Origin: Marsupella aquatica
Lineage: Eukaryota > Plantae > Marchantiophyta
Direction: 5' to 3'
Assembly (NCBI GenBank): GCA_973895155.1
Contig: OZ316891.1
Coordinates: 21,566,513 to 21,630,512, forward strand
Length of the DNA stretch: 64,000 bases
Shown here one piece after another: positions 59,701 through 64,000 of the stretch. Below the pieces are notes generated by a model, which searched no databases, was not told where the DNA came from, and saw only the letters and a list, made by a program, of their open reading frames with translations. Made by a program: the position numbers and the translations under genes. The first letter of the stretch is position 1, and each line of letters starts with the position of its first letter.

Positions 59701-62700
59701 AATATTATACGAAGTTTCTTACTCACCAGCTGCTGCTAGGATGCGCCAGGGCAAGAATATACCAACAGCATATGCGATAAAAACCCCCAATACACAGGAG
59801 AACTGTTCAAGCCAGGACAGTGGAACCGGGATAGGTCAGATAGATAAATCACTGCTAGATTTTTACAAAAAGACGATATTGCGTTTAAAATAGATTCCAA
59901 GGGAAACACTGATTAAATAGTGCAAGGTCCTCACGGTACCCCACTGCACTATACACACTCAGACACGATTTTCTCGACTAAAAGTAGCAGATGGCTTCTA
60001 CTCGCTTGATATAATACCATTTAAGCGAAAATTTACAAAGAGTGACAAATTTACCTGCTGCATGGCACTAAGAAACCCTCGCAAATGCCGGGGGGCAGTC
60101 TCCCCAATGAAAGTTGGGACCTGCACCACGTTTCAGATATTACAGGCAAGCGAAAAAAATTAGAGAAGGTAACACTCTTAGTATTCACCAGATCAACTCA
60201 AAGGATGCAGTAACAGATTCTGTGTAAACAAAGACAATTCATAGCAATTGCATGTCCGGGACAAAGTAAATTGAGCTTCAAACTCTAATGCTCGCCGAAA
60301 CCCTGTTAACGTGTTCATCTTGGGAAATACGCCCATGTTGTCTCGATTCAAAGGAACTTACAATAAAACAGACAATACCACCGGCAACACCAGTCGCAAT
60401 CCTCCCGATGTACAGGAGAGTTGTGCTCTGCATAACAAGAGAGACACTTCGTGATGAGGAGCTGGGATCCAAAGCGTACATATCTCAAGTTCTCATGAAA
60501 ATCTGGCTCCCATATATAAACAAATCTGATGGGAGCAGGGCAGACTTAGAGCAGGTCGTCCGAATATCTGAAAAAGGTTGAGCATTACCCCAAATTCACA
60601 ACAACAAACTCAAGTCCAAAATAACTCTTGCACATTTGAAACATGGCTAACGTCCACACCTGTCCATAACAGTATTCATGAAGCAGTTGGAACTAGAGAG
60701 TGGGAAAGGGAGAGATGAGGACAAATAATATTTACCTGTGCAAAACTTATGAGAAGAAATCCTGCTATACAGGGTACGCAGACCAACCTCAGTCCCTGCA
60801 GTTGACGAAATATAATCAGCCCAAAAGAAAGCCTAGGTTCTCCTTGAAAAGCCACAGATTCACACAAAATCGGTCCATCCAATTGAGGGTTTAGACACTC
60901 ACTCCTCTTCTGCCGAAGTAGTCTGCAGTGAGACCGCTCACAGCCGCACCAGCCATTGCACCCAAAGTGATAAGTGAGCCGAAGGTAGAGAACTGCAACA
61001 TCATACACGTACATAGGTCACAACCATCGCTCTGACGACTCCCTTCATCACCTCTGGAAATCTTTAGAATCAACTCCAGCCGACAATTGTGGACAGACAG
61101 CATACCTCAGATGTGCTGAGGTTGAGTTCTGCTTGCATCGCCTCTTGAGTCGGAGAAGTAAACCCGAGCTGGAGACAATGCAAAGTTGAGGGCATCAACA
61201 TTAGAATATCATGGCTCAGCCCTGCAATGTGGAGACTGAACGCAAATCAACATTCAATTGAAAACGGACACGCACGACAGCACACAGGAATTGGGCTGAG
61301 AAGATCATACAATAAGCTCTGGGATTGCTACAAAGAGCATTCTTCTGAAAGAAATGCATTTCTTGCCGTAATCTAAATAAACATCTTGAGAACTAATTAT
61401 CCAACTACAAAGAACCGAAATCATTGAGAGTGACGCATTTTCGGTGGCAATATTTCAGCGAATAATTAGCCATTAGCCATTACTCGAAGACACACGAGGA
61501 ACAAATTTAAGAAAAAATCTAACAATTAGTACCCACTATCATCCGTATCTCGACCCAGACGAACGCAGGACTCAAATTCTTGAGGTAAGTCACCAAATGC
61601 TCAGAAGTCAGACTCAGGATTTTCCTCTCAGTATCGTTGGAGTGAGCCTCGCGTTGGTGAGAGAAAAAGTACCAGATATGTCACCAATTGCACAAAAATA
61701 ACCATACAATCCAAAAGGCTAAAATCAGGATAACTTATTCAGAAGAATCATCGACTCAATCCGGAACAATTAGAGTTGACACATGAAAAACAGCAGAAAT
61801 AGAACTTCATCGGTTGGATGTAAGGTGCGATCTAGGGGGGGGGGGGGGGGGGGCGGGGATAACTTGACAGGCTCCGCAGTCAAAAGCCACAATTCCGAAG
61901 ACGTGAAAGCTCACTTCGCCCAGAATAAATCAATTTAGAAGAAGCTTGAATGTAGCAATTTTCTCGAGATTGAGCAATTCCGGACAGTCGAGTGCGAAGA
62001 AACCAAGAGGTGGAAAGCTTAGAAAAATAAATTTGTGCGTCGTCCTTCCGCGGACTTCTGTGACAAAGCTACGGTACGCGAAAACCACACGAAAAGTGGC
62101 ACCCATTCAATGCACTCCTTGATTGCCAACATGGATGGGCCATTTAGTATCTTCCTCACCAGCGCTTTCTGGGTTGGTGACCCTCTTGAATGCTCACCGC
62201 TATCGCTAAATTGATACACTCTCAGAGCATGAAACAGAGAGTGTTTATTGACAAATTGACACCAGAGGAGCAGGGCCTGCAAGCGAAAGAGAATAAACAA
62301 AAAAGTGTGCATAGTATGATGTCCACAGGGCCGCTAAAAGGTCATGGGACACCGCCAATCTACAGAGGATCCCCCAGGTCCACAATCGCAAAGCAGACCA
62401 AATGGTCAGTAAAAACCAGACACTAGACATAGCACGAATTCCAGCACACTACTAGACAGAGAAAGAAAGAGGAGACAGAAAATTACCCCATATCCGAGCG
62501 CGATGTTGCCCATAATGGCGCACAAAGTCGATGCGTATACCCATGTGTGTTTGACTCTGCTCTCTTCTCGTGTGATATGCCGAGACCTAGCGTGTACCTT
62601 CTTCAGTAGAGGCGCTTTCAACGGATTGTGATACTGATCTGACCGCCCTCTCGCAAGACGGTCACCTCCTACTACTCCGGAGCGTTGAGAATATGGTACT

Positions 62701-62906
62701 CCAGAGCGTTGAGTTGAGGGTATTCCGGAGCGTTGAGATGATGGTACTCCGGAGCGTTGAGATGATGGTACTCCGGAGCGTTGAGATGATGGTACTACTC
62801 CGGAGCGTTGAGATGATGGTGCTACATGCTGGTGCACTGCTGGTGCTGCTGCTCCGGGTGCTGTAGATGACACCACCGGCGGTCGAGAGGGTTCCTTGGC
62901 CTCCAT
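56770..62906 (-). CDS. ERD6-like sugar porter (MFS, SP family), many short exons
   Basis: Spliced fragments LGFTSPTQ, FSTFGSLITLGAMAGA..ADYFGRRG, LLYIGRIATG, VPTFIGETAPRHLRG, FFIPESP, QQITGINGVMLY, LVDKAGRRLLL, AFAIGLGPIPWVLVAE, IFPNHVKANAGSLASLVNW, VPETRGKTLDQIE*; GT-AG introns; exon 1 is 62906-62487. Confidence 0.93.
62676..62822 (-). repeat. Coding minisatellite (21-24 bp) encoding (V)PSSQRSG x6
   Basis: CTCCGGAGCGTTGAGATGATGGTA units in exon 1 of the sugar transporter. Confidence 0.95.
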
Positions 62907-64000
62907 CCCTCCTGCACCTGACGTTGGGTGGGCTCACTCACTCCTCGCACCTCCTCAGAGGCCCTCTTCAGCTGCGAAGCTCGAGAAACCCAACCCAACC
63001 CAACCCAACCCAACCCCGGAGCTTTTCTCACGAGCCTCCCATAAAAAGAAGTAGAACGAGATTGTCCTCGATTTTGCAGGCGCCCTGTTAAGAATCCAAA
63101 TTCCCCGTCTGTGAGATCGTCCCCACGATCTTTCTCCTCGCAGCCACACCCAAATTGCACCAGCGCAATGTCGACAATGGCTCCACCGAAGAATTCGAGC
63201 TAAAAGACGAAGAAACCCAGTAGCTCTGAATTAAAATCCTCAGATTCCAGCCTTTTCCTCCATACCATCAGTCAGTCAGTCCGTCCAGCCAAAGACCGAT
63301 CCCCCATTTTCTGCACTGTGTGCTCTCCTGGTCCAGTGAATGGCGAATGTGTAGCTCCCAATACACCCGATCTTCTCCTCCTCCGCTCGCGTCCTTACCA
63401 TCTGACAACAGTCAACTGCCGTACACGGAAAAGACGACAAAAGCGAGAATGGAAGCCACGCCACACAATATCAATCCTCCACACACAGTCTCAGTTTTTA
63501 CACAATGTTTTTTGCTCGATCCTCCCCTCCTCCTCCTCCTTGTCGTGGACGATGAAGCAAAGTCTCAATCGGTACAGTACCCTTCCAATCTGCTCGATCT
63601 GCTCACGGCTCCTCACTCCAGCACCCTCCTCACTCCTCTGTCTGCCTCTTGCACACAGTGAACTAAATATTTACTGTCTACACTCCACAATCGGAATCGG
63701 AATAGCAAGAGACTGGTTGTCAGCCTCTTGCACACAGTGAACTGAATGATTGCTGCATACACTTCAGTCACTTCTACAATCTGAATAGCAAGACACTGGT
63801 CTGATTGTGTCCGTCTGCCTGCCAAGGAGTAACTTCCCTGTTGTCCAGATCTGCTTTGAGCTCCCCAACATCTCCCTCTGACGATCTAGCTATCGGAGGC
63901 AGAATTGGACGAATGCAAACTGTTCAATCTGACGCTCTCTCGGATCAGATTACCGATTCGTTCTCGTGGAGGATAAGCTCATGGCCTTCCATCCTTCAGT

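Noticed and set aside
61835-61853. Poly-G run in intron 1 of the sugar transporter, plus (CCAAC)n near 62990 and (TATTGCA)n near 56340
   Set aside because: Ordinary microsatellites or homopolymer with no evidence of function; poly-G length may be a sequencing artefact.

Overview
This is eukaryotic, plant-type nuclear DNA; the TE families and gene structures suggest a bryophyte, probably a liverwort (inference). It holds two ordinary multi-exon host genes on the minus strand: a COPI-associated/TVP15-like Golgi protein (34240-36674) and an ERD6-like sugar porter (56770-62906). Most of the rest is TE-derived. A decayed Helitron (15977-~28760) is interrupted by an Athila-like Ty3/gypsy element. 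There is also a ~290-bp MITE family with 8-bp TSDs, other TIR elements and probable LINE relics. Four things stand out: (1) an intronless, GC-rich, ascomycete-like Dal5/allantoate-permease gene (12353-13915), a candidate fungus-to-plant transfer; (2) a 3.75-kb TG..CA element with a perfect 5-bp TSD that looks like a solo LTR yet carries an intact 612-aa ORF behind a palindrome array (42060-45809); (3) a decayed Ty3/gypsy element with a complete DNMT3-like cytosine methyltransferase domain between protease and RT (~48740-49690); (4) a second, degenerate aspartic-protease-like domain upstream of gag in the Athila-like element. All homology calls come from motif recognition by eye; no database search was run.
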